Positions 45,612-54,518 of a stretch of 64,000 nt of DNA are shown piece by piece. The notes below the pieces were generated by a model, which did no database searches, was not told the origin of the DNA, and saw only the letters and a list, made by a program, of their open reading frames with translations. Position 1 is the stretch's first letter. Each line of letters starts with the position of its first letter. Source of the DNA: Actinomycetota bacterium (GTDB taxonomy: Bacteria > Actinomycetota > Actinomycetes > JACCUZ01); contig JAVEDI010000054.1 of the NCBI GenBank assembly GCA_030841035.1, forward strand, positions 5,048 through 69,047, written 5' to 3'. A program made the translations under genes and the position numbers.

Positions 45612-46528
45612 GCGAACCCCGGTCCGCGGCGGCGCCGCGCGAGCGCTGCTCGTTCGCCGCGCAGCGCCGTGGCGACGCGCTGCCGGGGACTGCCGCACCG
45701 GCCCTCGGCTTCTTCCTGATCGAGCAGCCGGGGCCCTGGGGCCGTTTCGCGCTCACCCAGTCAGGCCTCGACCCCGTGGTGGGTCGTGGGGTGAGTGCGC
45801 GGGGGCTCGAGGCGGGGTTGCGGGTCCTGACGATCCGGCGGCCGGGACGCGCCGGGCCCGCCGAGGCCGCTGGTACCCGTCGACGGCGGTGGGCGCTCGT
45901 CGATGCACGGCCGGGCCGGGAGGTCACCCGCTGGGGGACGTTCGGTTCCGACGCCGAGCTGCTCGAGGTGCCCCTCGACGGCTCGGTCGGGGAGCCGTCG
46001 TACGACCCGTTGTTCCTCGTCTGCACCCACGGGCGCCACGACGCGTGCTGCGCCATCCGCGGCCGTCCCGTGGCGGCCTCGCTCGCCGAAGCCCGCCCGC
46101 AGCAGACCTGGGAGTGCTCGCACGTCGGCGGCGACCGTTTCGCGGCCAACCTCATCGCGTTGCCCCACGGGCTCTACTACGGCCGGGTGGACGCGCAGTC
46201 GGTGCACGACGTGGCCGCGGCGCACGAACGCGCAGAGGTGGTGCCGCGGCTGCTGCGCGGCCGCTCCCGCTGGCCACCGGCGACCCAGGCGGCTCAGCAG
46301 TATGCCCGTGAGCGGTACGGCGACCTGGCGATCGGCGCGTGGGCGGGAGCCGGGGCGCTGCCGCTCGGTGACGGGCGGTGGCAGGTGCGGCTGCGCCGCG
46401 ACGGCGGCCACCTGGTGGTGACGATCGCCGCCACCGGTGGCCCCGAGCCGGGGCTGCTCACGTGTCACGCCACCCGACCGGCCCACCCCCCGCAGTACGA
46501 GGTGCTGTCCTGCGTCGAGGTGGGCTGA
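45608..46528 (+). CDS. Sucrase/ferredoxin-like (thioredoxin-like 2Fe-2S) protein
   Basis: [41 protein letters not shown] and C-terminal LTC; GTGA overlap with the JmjC gene. Confidence 0.88.
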   Translation: MSEPRSAAAPRERCSFAAQRRGDALPGTAAPALGFFLIEQPGPWGRFALTQSGLDPVVGRGVSARGLEAGLRVLTIRRPGRAGPAEAAGTRRRRWALVDARPGREVTRWGTFGSDAELLEVPLDGSVGEPSYDPLFLVCTHGRHDACCAIRGRPVAASLAEARPQQTWECSHVGGDRFAANLIALPHGLYYGRVDAQSVHDVAAAHERAEVVPRLLRGRSRWPPATQAAQQYARERYGDLAIGAWAGAGALPLGDGRWQVRLRRDGGHLVVTIAATGGPEPGLLTCHATRPAHPPQYEVLSCVEVG

Positions 46529-46538
46529 GCGCGGCGGC

Positions 46539-47195
<657 letters not shown>

Positions 47196-47303
47196 GCAAT
47201 GACCTCCGTGGGTGCCAACGTAGGGCTACGGCTGCGGATTCCGCGCGGGCCGACGGCAGCCGCCATGGGTGGTCGGCGGGGTGCTCGGCAATAGGCTCGG
47301 CTC

Positions 47304-48440
47304 ATGCAGTTCGAGACCCGAGCCATCCACGCCGGCCAGGCCCCTGACCCGGTCACCGGGGCGGTCGTGCCGCCGATCTACCAGACGTCGACCTACAAGC
47401 AGGACGGTGTCGGCGGGCTGCGCGGCGGCTACGAGTACAGCCGCAGCGCCAACCCGACGCGGACCGCGCTCGAGGCGTGCCTGGCGGCGCTCGAGGGTGG
47501 CCGACGAGGGCTGGCGTTCGCGTCCGGCCTGGCCGCCGAGGACACCCTGCTGCGCAGCGTCTGCGGCCCGGGCGCCCATGCGGTGGTCCCCGGCGACGCG
47601 TACGGCGGCACCTACCGGCTGTTCGCGACGGTCGCGCAGCGCTGGGGCCTGGACTTCACGCCGGCCGGCGGCCACGAGGTCGACGACTTCCGGGCCGCGA
47701 TCCGAGCGGGCACCACCAAGGTCGTGTGGGTGGAGACCCCGACCAACCCTCTGCTGGGCATCGTCGACATCGAGGCGGTCGCGCAGGTCGCGCACGAGGC
47801 CGGGGCGCTGCTGGTGGTCGACAACACCTTCGCCTCGCCCTACCTCACCCAGCCGATCTCGCTCGGTGCCGACGTCGTGGTGCACTCGACCACCAAGTAC
47901 CTGGGCGGGCACTCCGACGTGGTCGGGGGGGCCCTGGTGGTCGCCGACGACGCGGTGGCCGACCAGATCGCCTTCCACCAGAACGCGATGGGGGCGGTGG
48001 CGGGACCGTTCGACTCCTGGCTGGTGCTGCGTGGCATCAAGACGCTGGGCGTCCGCATGGACCGGCACTGCGCCAACGCGGAGCGCGTCGTGTCGGTCCT
48101 CACCGCGCATCCCCGGGTCACCCAGGTGCTCTATCCCGGGCTGCCCGAGCACCCCGGTCACGAGGTCGCCGGCAAGCAGATGAAGGCCTACGGCGGCATG
48201 GTGTCCTTCCGGGTGGCGGGTGGACAGGCCGAGGCCGTCGAGGTCTGCAATCGGGCCCGGCTGTTCACGTTGGGCGAGTCTCTCGGCGGGGTCGAGTCGC
48301 TCATCGAGCACCCCGGCCTCATGACCCACGCGTCCGTGGCCGGGTCCCCGCTGGAGGTCCCCGCCGACCTGGTGCGCCTGTCGGTCGGCATCGAGGCCGC
48401 CGAGGACCTGGTCGAGGACGTCGCCCAGGCTCTCGGGTGA
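47304..48440 (+). CDS. metB: Cystathionine gamma-synthase/lyase
   Basis: YSRSANPTR, ETPTNP, VDNTFASP, HSTTKYLGGHSD and ESLGGVESL. Confidence 0.93.
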   Translation: MQFETRAIHAGQAPDPVTGAVVPPIYQTSTYKQDGVGGLRGGYEYSRSANPTRTALEACLAALEGGRRGLAFASGLAAEDTLLRSVCGPGAHAVVPGDAYGGTYRLFATVAQRWGLDFTPAGGHEVDDFRAAIRAGTTKVVWVETPTNPLLGIVDIEAVAQVAHEAGALLVVDNTFASPYLTQPISLGADVVVHSTTKYLGGHSDVVGGALVVADDAVADQIAFHQNAMGAVAGPFDSWLVLRGIKTLGVRMDRHCANAERVVSVLTAHPRVTQVLYPGLPEHPGHEVAGKQMKAYGGMVSFRVAGGQAEAVEVCNRARLFTLGESLGGVESLIEHPGLMTHASVAGSPLEVPADLVRLSVGIEAAEDLVEDVAQALG

Positions 48441-48480
48441 CGCACGGCGCCACTGCCACCACCGGCGCGGTCGGTGGCCG

Positions 48481-49818
48481 GTGAGCGCTGCGGTGATGTG
48501 CATCGACGTGGGTTCGACGTTCACCAAGGCTGCTCTGGTCGACGTCGACGGCGGCGCCCTCCTGGCGACCGCGTCGGTGCCGACGACCGCGGCGACCGAC
48601 GTGATGGAGGGGATCGACCGCTGCCGCGCCATGCTGGGGGCAGGTGACGACGTCCCCGCGCTCGCGTGCTCCAGCGCTGGCGGCGGCCTGCGCCTCGCGG
48701 TGGTCGGCTACGAGCGGGCGATCAGCGTCGAGGCCGGACGCCGGGTCGGCCTCTGCGCCGGCGCCCGGACCGCGCATGTCGCGTCCGGGCCGCTCGGCGA
48801 GGACGAGCTCGCCGGGCTGCGCGCCAGCCGACCGGACGTCGTGCTGCTGGCCGGCGGGACCGACGGCGGGAACGCCGAGATCCTGCTGCACAACGCCGCT
48901 GCGCTGGCCCGGGCCCAGCTGGCGGTGCCGGTCGTCGCGGCCGGCAACGTCGAGGTGCTCGACGAGGTGGTCGCCGTGCTCGAGGCGGCCGGCGTCACCG
49001 TCTATCCCAGCGCGAACGTGCTCCCGGTGATCGGCCGGCTGGACCCGCTGCCGGCCCGCGAGAGGATTCGAGAGGTCTTCATCCGCCACGTCATCGGCGG
49101 CAAGGGGCTGTCCGTGCGCGACGACTTCCGGTCGCTCGTCCGCGCCGCGACGCCTGACGCCGTTCTCGTCGGCGTCGAGCTGCTCGCCGACGGCACGAGC
49201 GGCGCTGCGGGTGTCGGTGACGTGCTGGTCGTCGACGTGGGCGGCGCCACCACCGACGTCTACTCGGTCGTTGCCCCGCGTGGAGAGGACGCCGCCCTGC
49301 ACCGCGAGGTGGTCGAGGTCTTGTGGCGCTCCCGCACGGTCGAGGGCGACCTCGGCGTGCGCTGGAACGCACCTGGCATCCTCGACGCGGCCCTCACCGA
49401 GCGCCTGCTGAGCGCACAGCAGGCGGCGGCCCTGCGGCCGGCCGCGCTGCGGCGGGCGGCGGAACCGGCGTACGTCGCTGGGTCTGATCAGGAGCGCGAG
49501 ACCGACGTCCGCCTCGCCGAGCTCGCGGTCACGGTGGCGCTGCGCCGGCACGCCCGCGGCGGCAAGGACCTGCGCGAGGTGATGCTGGTCGTCGGCTCCG
49601 GCGGCGTGCTGCGCAACGCCGGCGAGGCCATCAGGGCCCGGGTGCTGCGCCCGGCGGTGCGGGACTTCGGGGGCGGCTGGCCGGTCCCGGAGCACGCCCG
49701 CACGGTGGTGGACGCGTCCTACGTCCTCGCGGCTGCCGGACTGCTCGCCGAGCAGTACCCGCAGGCGGCGGCCGGCCTGCTGCGATCGGCTCTCCTGGGA
49801 TCGGCCTGGACCGCCTGA
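48481..49818 (+). CDS. Glutamate mutase L (MutL/GlmL)-like ASKHA protein
   Basis: DVGSTFTK, CSSAGGGL, AGGTDGG, DVGGATTDVYS, RTVEGDLG and GSGG. Confidence 0.85.
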   Translation: MSAAVMCIDVGSTFTKAALVDVDGGALLATASVPTTAATDVMEGIDRCRAMLGAGDDVPALACSSAGGGLRLAVVGYERAISVEAGRRVGLCAGARTAHVASGPLGEDELAGLRASRPDVVLLAGGTDGGNAEILLHNAAALARAQLAVPVVAAGNVEVLDEVVAVLEAAGVTVYPSANVLPVIGRLDPLPARERIREVFIRHVIGGKGLSVRDDFRSLVRAATPDAVLVGVELLADGTSGAAGVGDVLVVDVGGATTDVYSVVAPRGEDAALHREVVEVLWRSRTVEGDLGVRWNAPGILDAALTERLLSAQQAAALRPAALRRAAEPAYVAGSDQERETDVRLAELAVTVALRRHARGGKDLREVMLVVGSGGVLRNAGEAIRARVLRPAVRDFGGGWPVPEHARTVVDASYVLAAAGLLAEQYPQAAAGLLRSALLGSAWTA

Positions 49819-49838
49819 GCGCATGACGGCGTCGGGCC

Positions 49839-51134
49839 TCAGGTGGAGGGCGTCGGGGCGGCCGTCGTCTCCGGCTCGGGGTCGGCCTGGGGGCGGTGGC
49901 GGGTCTCGCGGGACAGCAGTGAGGCGACCAGGCCGGCCGCGACCACCGCGGCCGTGACGCCGAACGCGGCGCCGAACGAGTAGCCGTCGGCCAGGTAGCC
50001 GGCAACCAACGGTCCCGCGACGGCGCCCACGTCGGAGGACATCTGGAACGCCGCCACCACCGTGCCGCCACGACCCACCACGACGTCACCGACGGTCGCG
50101 CTGGGCCCGACCGACAAGAACGCCGCGCCTGCCCCGAACAGCGCCATGGCAAGGACGTACAGGGGCAACGACTCGAACAGGGTGAGCACCAGGAGGCTCG
50201 CGGTGGCGACGGCCGAGCCGGCGATCATCGCCGGGCGTCGGCCGACCGTGTCGGCGAGCCGTCCGGCCGGCAGCAGCAGCGCGCCCTGGGCCGCGGCGGA
50301 CACGAAGAACCCCACGCCGATCCACGTCGGTGACGTCCCGAGTCGCTCGGTGACGAACAGTGGCACCAGCGAGCTGCGGACCCCGAACAGTGCCCAGCCG
50401 TTCCCGAGGTTGGTGACCAGCGCGGCGCGGTAGCCCGACACCCGCAAGGCCTCACGCAGGGTGGTTCGCTGCAGCGCGGTGCTCGCCGCGACCTCCTTGT
50501 CGTGCAGCGGCGTGTGGGTCAGGAACAGCATGCCGATCGAGCCCGCCACGGCCAGCGTGCCGGCGTAGACGAAGAACGGCGCCCGGACAGATATCTCGGT
50601 CAGTACGCCGCCGAGGGCGGGCCCGGCGATGCCGCCGAGGAGGAAGCCGGCCTGCCACATGCCGGTGGCCCGGCCGCGCTGGTCGGCCGAGACGACGCGC
50701 AGCAGCAGCGACACCGCGGAGACCGTGAACATGGCCGAGCCGATGCCCCCGACCCCGCGCAGCAGCACCAGCTGGGTGTAGGACTGCGCGAGGCCTGCGA
50801 GGGCGCTGCTGACCGCGACGATGGCGATGCCGGACGCGAGCACGACCCGCTCGCCGACCCGGTCGACGAGGCGGCCGCTAGCGAGCGCCGAGACCAGGCG
50901 CATGAAGGCGAACGCCGAGATGACGGCGCCGGCGGCGGTGCGCCCGACGCCGAACTCCCGGGCGAAGACGGGGATGGCCGGAGCCACCACGCCGAAGCCC
51001 ACGGCGACGCTGAAGGCGACGGCAGACAGCACCGCCACCTCGCGGGGCAACCCGTGGAACGGACGCCGGAGGAGGGCTCTCACCGTGGGTCGGGCGTGGC
51101 GGGGTCGGGCACCCACCGACCGTACCCGCGGCAC
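49839..51134 (-). CDS. MFS transporter
   Basis: About 12 TM segments; GRLVDRVGER and GRLADTVGRR motif A; start uncertain. Confidence 0.9.
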   Translation of the reverse strand: MPRVRSVGARPRHARPTVRALLRRPFHGLPREVAVLSAVAFSVAVGFGVVAPAIPVFAREFGVGRTAAGAVISAFAFMRLVSALASGRLVDRVGERVVLASGIAIVAVSSALAGLAQSYTQLVLLRGVGGIGSAMFTVSAVSLLLRVVSADQRGRATGMWQAGFLLGGIAGPALGGVLTEISVRAPFFVYAGTLAVAGSIGMLFLTHTPLHDKEVAASTALQRTTLREALRVSGYRAALVTNLGNGWALFGVRSSLVPLFVTERLGTSPTWIGVGFFVSAAAQGALLLPAGRLADTVGRRPAMIAGSAVATASLLVLTLFESLPLYVLAMALFGAGAAFLSVGPSATVGDVVVGRGGTVVAAFQMSSDVGAVAGPLVAGYLADGYSFGAAFGVTAAVVAAGLVASLLSRETRHRPQADPEPETTAAPTPST

Positions 51135-51158
51135 GTGTCGGGGCGGTCCGGCGGGCCG

Positions 51159-51761
51159 TCAGACGTTCGCGATCCTGGCCCGGGGGTCCTCGGCCTCCGG
51201 TGCGAGGGCGGGCACGGAGCGCGCGGGACGACCACGCCCGGTCAGGTCGCCCGCGTCGACGCCGTCGAACCCGAGGTCGGTCAGCAGGTCGATGACGGCT
51301 GCCTTGGCGGCGGTGTCGTCGCCCGCGACCCGCACCGCCAGCTGGGGCGCGAGGCCGCCCATCGGCCCCGCCTCCGCCACGGCGAGCAGGTTGGCGCTGT
51401 CCAGCACGCTGACGACCGCGGCGCCGGCCAGGTGCTCGGCGAGCAGCCGGCCGGCTGACGTGTCGGCCTCCTTGGCAGCAGAGGAGGACCCGAACCAGTC
51501 CGTGGCCTCCGCCACGGTCCGGCCGATGAAGGGCTCGGGAGGCAGCTGCAGGGCCTGGCGCAGCGGCAGCACAACGACGATCACCTGCGACCGGCGCGCG
51601 AGGCCCTCCACGGTGGCGGCGTCGACCTGCGGGTGTGCGCGGGCAGCCTCGGGAGCGGCCGCGCCGCTCGCGTCGGCCGCGAGCACGTCGTGCCCGCGCG
51701 CGGCGACCCGGTGGCTCAGGACGATGGCCAGGCTCCCGGTCCCGATGATGCCGACGCGCAT
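51159..51761 (-). CDS. Divergent F420-dependent NADP oxidoreductase-like protein
   Basis: MRVGIIGTGSLA Rossmann start and AGDDTAAKAAVIDLLTDLGFDGVDAGDL C-terminus; GGAGGA RBS. Confidence 0.65.
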   Translation of the reverse strand: MRVGIIGTGSLAIVLSHRVAARGHDVLAADASGAAAPEAARAHPQVDAATVEGLARRSQVIVVVLPLRQALQLPPEPFIGRTVAEATDWFGSSSAAKEADTSAGRLLAEHLAGAAVVSVLDSANLLAVAEAGPMGGLAPQLAVRVAGDDTAAKAAVIDLLTDLGFDGVDAGDLTGRGRPARSVPALAPEAEDPRARIANV

Positions 51762-51820
51762 GGCGACTCCTCCCGGTCGGCTCATGGTGGTCGGGGCAGC
51801 GGTGCGCGTCATCCCCCGAA

Positions 51821-51920
51821 CGCGGCAGCGTTCATCGGTGCGACGCGGCAGCGTTCATCGGTGCGGCGCGGCAGCGTTCTTCGGTGCGGCGCGGCAGCGT
51901 TCATCGGTGCGGCGCGGCAG
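51821..51920 (+). repeat. 23-bp tandem repeat (VNTR), about 4.3 copies
   Basis: CGCGGCAGCGTTC(A/T)TCGGTGCG(G/A) at 51821, 51844, 51867 and 51890, partial at 51913; no spacers. Confidence 0.92.
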
Positions 51921-52012
51921 GGTCGCCGCTTGCCCGGGACAGCAGGGCCCCGCTGCCGTGAGCGGCAGCGGGGCCAGCGCAGGCGTGCCTGCGCGATGGT
52001 GCCTGAGGGCCC

Positions 52013-52048
52013 TCAGTCGTCCCAGGGGCCGTAGTCGTCCTCGATCAT
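52013..52048 (-). CDS. Candidate micro-ORF MIEDDYGPWDD (11 aa)
   Basis: GGAG 6 nt before ATG; every sense codon ends in G or C; the stop lies inside a palindrome. Confidence 0.3.
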   Translation of the reverse strand: MIEDDYGPWDD

Positions 52049-52284
52049 GAGGCTCTCCATTCCCGTGCACATGCCGTCTGGAACATCACAGATGCGCGAC
52101 GGCCACGATTGTCGAGTGGTCTTCCGTGCCCACGGCCGCTTCTGGCCTGGCATCGGGGGCCGGGCGCCGGAGGCGCACCGGGCAGCCGCTGTGCGGGCTG
52201 CGTACCTTCAGCGTACGCGGTGTGACGGCTTTCGTCACGTTCCGCGCAGTGAACGGTGCGTGACCACACGGTCGCCACGCGGGC

Positions 52285-52536
52285 TTAGGACGGTGTCTGT
52301 GCGCTCCCGGGTGCCGGGCAGCGCAGCCGTTTGCGCTCCCGCGTCTCGACGTAGGTGTGTTCGGACATGGGCGCGCCACACCGGGGGCATGGCAGATCAG
52401 GGGTGGCAACCGGCTTGGCGGGCTCGTCGTAGGGGCCCAGCTGCGCGGGGCCCAGAAACCGGAACAACGTGTTGTAGATGCGGTCCCCCAGGGAGCGCCG
52501 CGAGCCGGGCCGACCGGACTGCTTGGCCACAGTCAC
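52285..52536 (-). CDS. Small hypothetical protein with CxxC...H...C zinc-ribbon-like motif
   Basis: GPAQLG...CPRCGAPMSEH...RLRCP; GTGA overlap with the VWA gene stop. Confidence 0.7.
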   Translation of the reverse strand: MTVAKQSGRPGSRRSLGDRIYNTLFRFLGPAQLGPYDEPAKPVATPDLPCPRCGAPMSEHTYVETRERKRLRCPAPGSAQTPS

Positions 52537-54518
52537 GAGCGTACGCCTGCGCCGCGGGCGCGGCCGACGTTGCGACGGGCGAGGTAGTCGCTGACGACGT
52601 ACTGCCCGAGGTGGCCGGCGTCGGGCATGAAGACCCGACCGCCGTTGCGACGGGCGAGCTCGTGCACGAACGCCGTCAACCGCGGGTCGTCGTCCAGCTG
52701 GAACACGTTCACGGTCGCGCCACGGCGGGTCATGCGGTCGACCTCGGCCACGGTGAGCGCGATCGTCTCCTGCTCGGGTGGCCAGGCGAACCATGGTTGC
52801 CCGCCGGGCAGCAGGTGTGCCGTCGGCTCGCCGTCGGTGACGACGAGCACGACCGGCTCGGCGTCGGGGTGCCTGTCGAGGAACCGGCCTCCGAGCATGA
52901 GCGCGTGCTGCAGGTTCGTGCCCTGCACGTAGTCGGGCTCGAGCCCGGCGAGCTCCGTGGGGGAGAGCACGCGGGCATACGAGGAGAACCCGATGATCTG
53001 CAAGGCGTCCTGGGGGAACATGCCCGAGATCAGCGCCTGCAGCGCCAGAGCCGTGGCCTTGGCCGGTGCCCACGTGTCGCGCAGCACCATCGAGTAGGAC
53101 AGGTCCAGCAGCAGGCACACCGCCGCCGACGTACGCCGCTCCGTCTCGGCGACCTCGAAGTCCTCGGGGAGCAGCCGTAGCCGGCGGTCGGCGGGCAGCC
53201 CCCCGCGACGTACGGCGTTGGTGAGCGTGCGTACGACGTCGAGTGGCTGCTCGTCGCCGAACCGCCAGGCGCGCGACGAGCCGGTCAGCTCACCGGCCTG
53301 CCCCGCGTCGTGCACGTCGTGCCCACCGGGCGAGGTTGCCCGGAGGTCGGCGAAGACCCGGCGCAGCGCGGTCTGGCCGAGCCGGCGGATCGCCTTGGGC
53401 GTCAGGTCGAGCCGCTCGCCCTGGCGGGTGACGTAGCCCTGCTCCTCCAGCTCGCGCTCGAGGCGGCGCAGGTCGCGCAGCGCGTCACCCGCGGTGCGGC
53501 CGAGAGCGCGGCGCACGGCCTCCTCGTCGATGTCCTCCAGGCTCGCGCCGGGGTAGTCCTGCCCGAGCGTCGACTCGAGCTCGTCGAGGTCCGCGAGGTC
53601 CTGCAGGGCGCTGGTCGCGTCGCCTGCCCCGAGTGGCTCGTCGCCGGTCATCCGGGTGCGGGACCGCCAGTCGAGGTCGGGCCGGCGCCCCCGAAGGGCA
53701 TCGTTGAGCTGCTGCATCTGGCTGGCGAGGTCCATGTCCTCGAGTGCGGTCTGCATCAGGGCGGACAGCTCCGTGCGCTGCTGCGGAGTCAGCGACTGCA
53801 TCATCCGCTCGGCCGCTGCGGCGCGTCGGGCGAGTGAGTCGACCAGCTCCTCGAGGTTCTGCGGGTCGTCGGGGAACATGTCGCCGTACTTCTGCATGAA
53901 GTCGTCGAACTGCTCCTGGGTGTGTTCGCCGCGCGCGTCGGCCTCCAGCATCGCGTTGAGGTCACCGAGCATGTCCTTGACGCGCTGCATCGCCTCGGGG
54001 TCCGGATTCTCCAGGGCCTGCTTCATGCCGCGGAACTGCGTGTCGAGCACCTCGCGGCGCAGCAGGTCCTTGATCTGCTCGTAGGTATGCCGCGCGTCGG
54101 GCGAGCGCCACTCGTAGTTCTCCAGGTCGCGCACGGCGCGCGCCGGGTCGCCCGGCAACGCGTCGAGCGAGGCTTCTCGCAAGCGCGCGTCGTCGCCCGG
54201 GTCGGGGAAGAGAGCGGCGCGCTCCTGACCCACGGCGGTGTCCAGCAGCCGGCGTACCTCCTCGAGCGTCCCGTCGAGGCGCCCGCGGTCACGCAGGTCA
54301 CGCCGCTGCTGGCGGACCCGGCGCATCATCTCGTCGAGCCCTCGCATCCGGTCGCTGCCCTGGCGCAGCAGGTTGCGCAGCGCGTCGCGGGGTGTCATGC
54401 CGCTGAGCACGTCGTCACCGAGCCGGTCCAGCGCGCGGCGGACGTCATACGGCGCGGCGAGCGGGTCGGGCCCGTCGTGCCAGGCGCCGTACCGGTAGCC
54501 GGGGGAGCGACGGGACAT
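52533..54518 (-). CDS. VWA domain-containing protein
   Basis: MIDAS DLSYSM, GTNLQHAL and VTDGEPT; long helical N-terminus. Confidence 0.88.
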   Translation of the reverse strand: MSRRSPGYRYGAWHDGPDPLAAPYDVRRALDRLGDDVLSGMTPRDALRNLLRQGSDRMRGLDEMMRRVRQQRRDLRDRGRLDGTLEEVRRLLDTAVGQERAALFPDPGDDARLREASLDALPGDPARAVRDLENYEWRSPDARHTYEQIKDLLRREVLDTQFRGMKQALENPDPEAMQRVKDMLGDLNAMLEADARGEHTQEQFDDFMQKYGDMFPDDPQNLEELVDSLARRAAAAERMMQSLTPQQRTELSALMQTALEDMDLASQMQQLNDALRGRRPDLDWRSRTRMTGDEPLGAGDATSALQDLADLDELESTLGQDYPGASLEDIDEEAVRRALGRTAGDALRDLRRLERELEEQGYVTRQGERLDLTPKAIRRLGQTALRRVFADLRATSPGGHDVHDAGQAGELTGSSRAWRFGDEQPLDVVRTLTNAVRRGGLPADRRLRLLPEDFEVAETERRTSAAVCLLLDLSYSMVLRDTWAPAKATALALQALISGMFPQDALQIIGFSSYARVLSPTELAGLEPDYVQGTNLQHALMLGGRFLDRHPDAEPVVLVVTDGEPTAHLLPGGQPWFAWPPEQETIALTVAEVDRMTRRGATVNVFQLDDDPRLTAFVHELARRNGGRVFMPDAGHLGQYVVSDYLARRNVGRARGAGVRS

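Noticed and set aside
41760..45698. 1312-aa ORF read as one giant MBL fusion protein
   Set aside because: Only 41760-42476 has MBL motifs; the rest is antisense to cbs, the peptide gene and the JmjC gene.
51821..51920. CRISPR array
   Set aside because: The 23-bp units are directly adjacent with no unique spacers, and there are no cas genes in the window.
52047..53180. 377-aa plus-strand ORF
   Set aside because: It has no motifs and overlaps the better-supported minus-strand VWA and zinc-ribbon genes.
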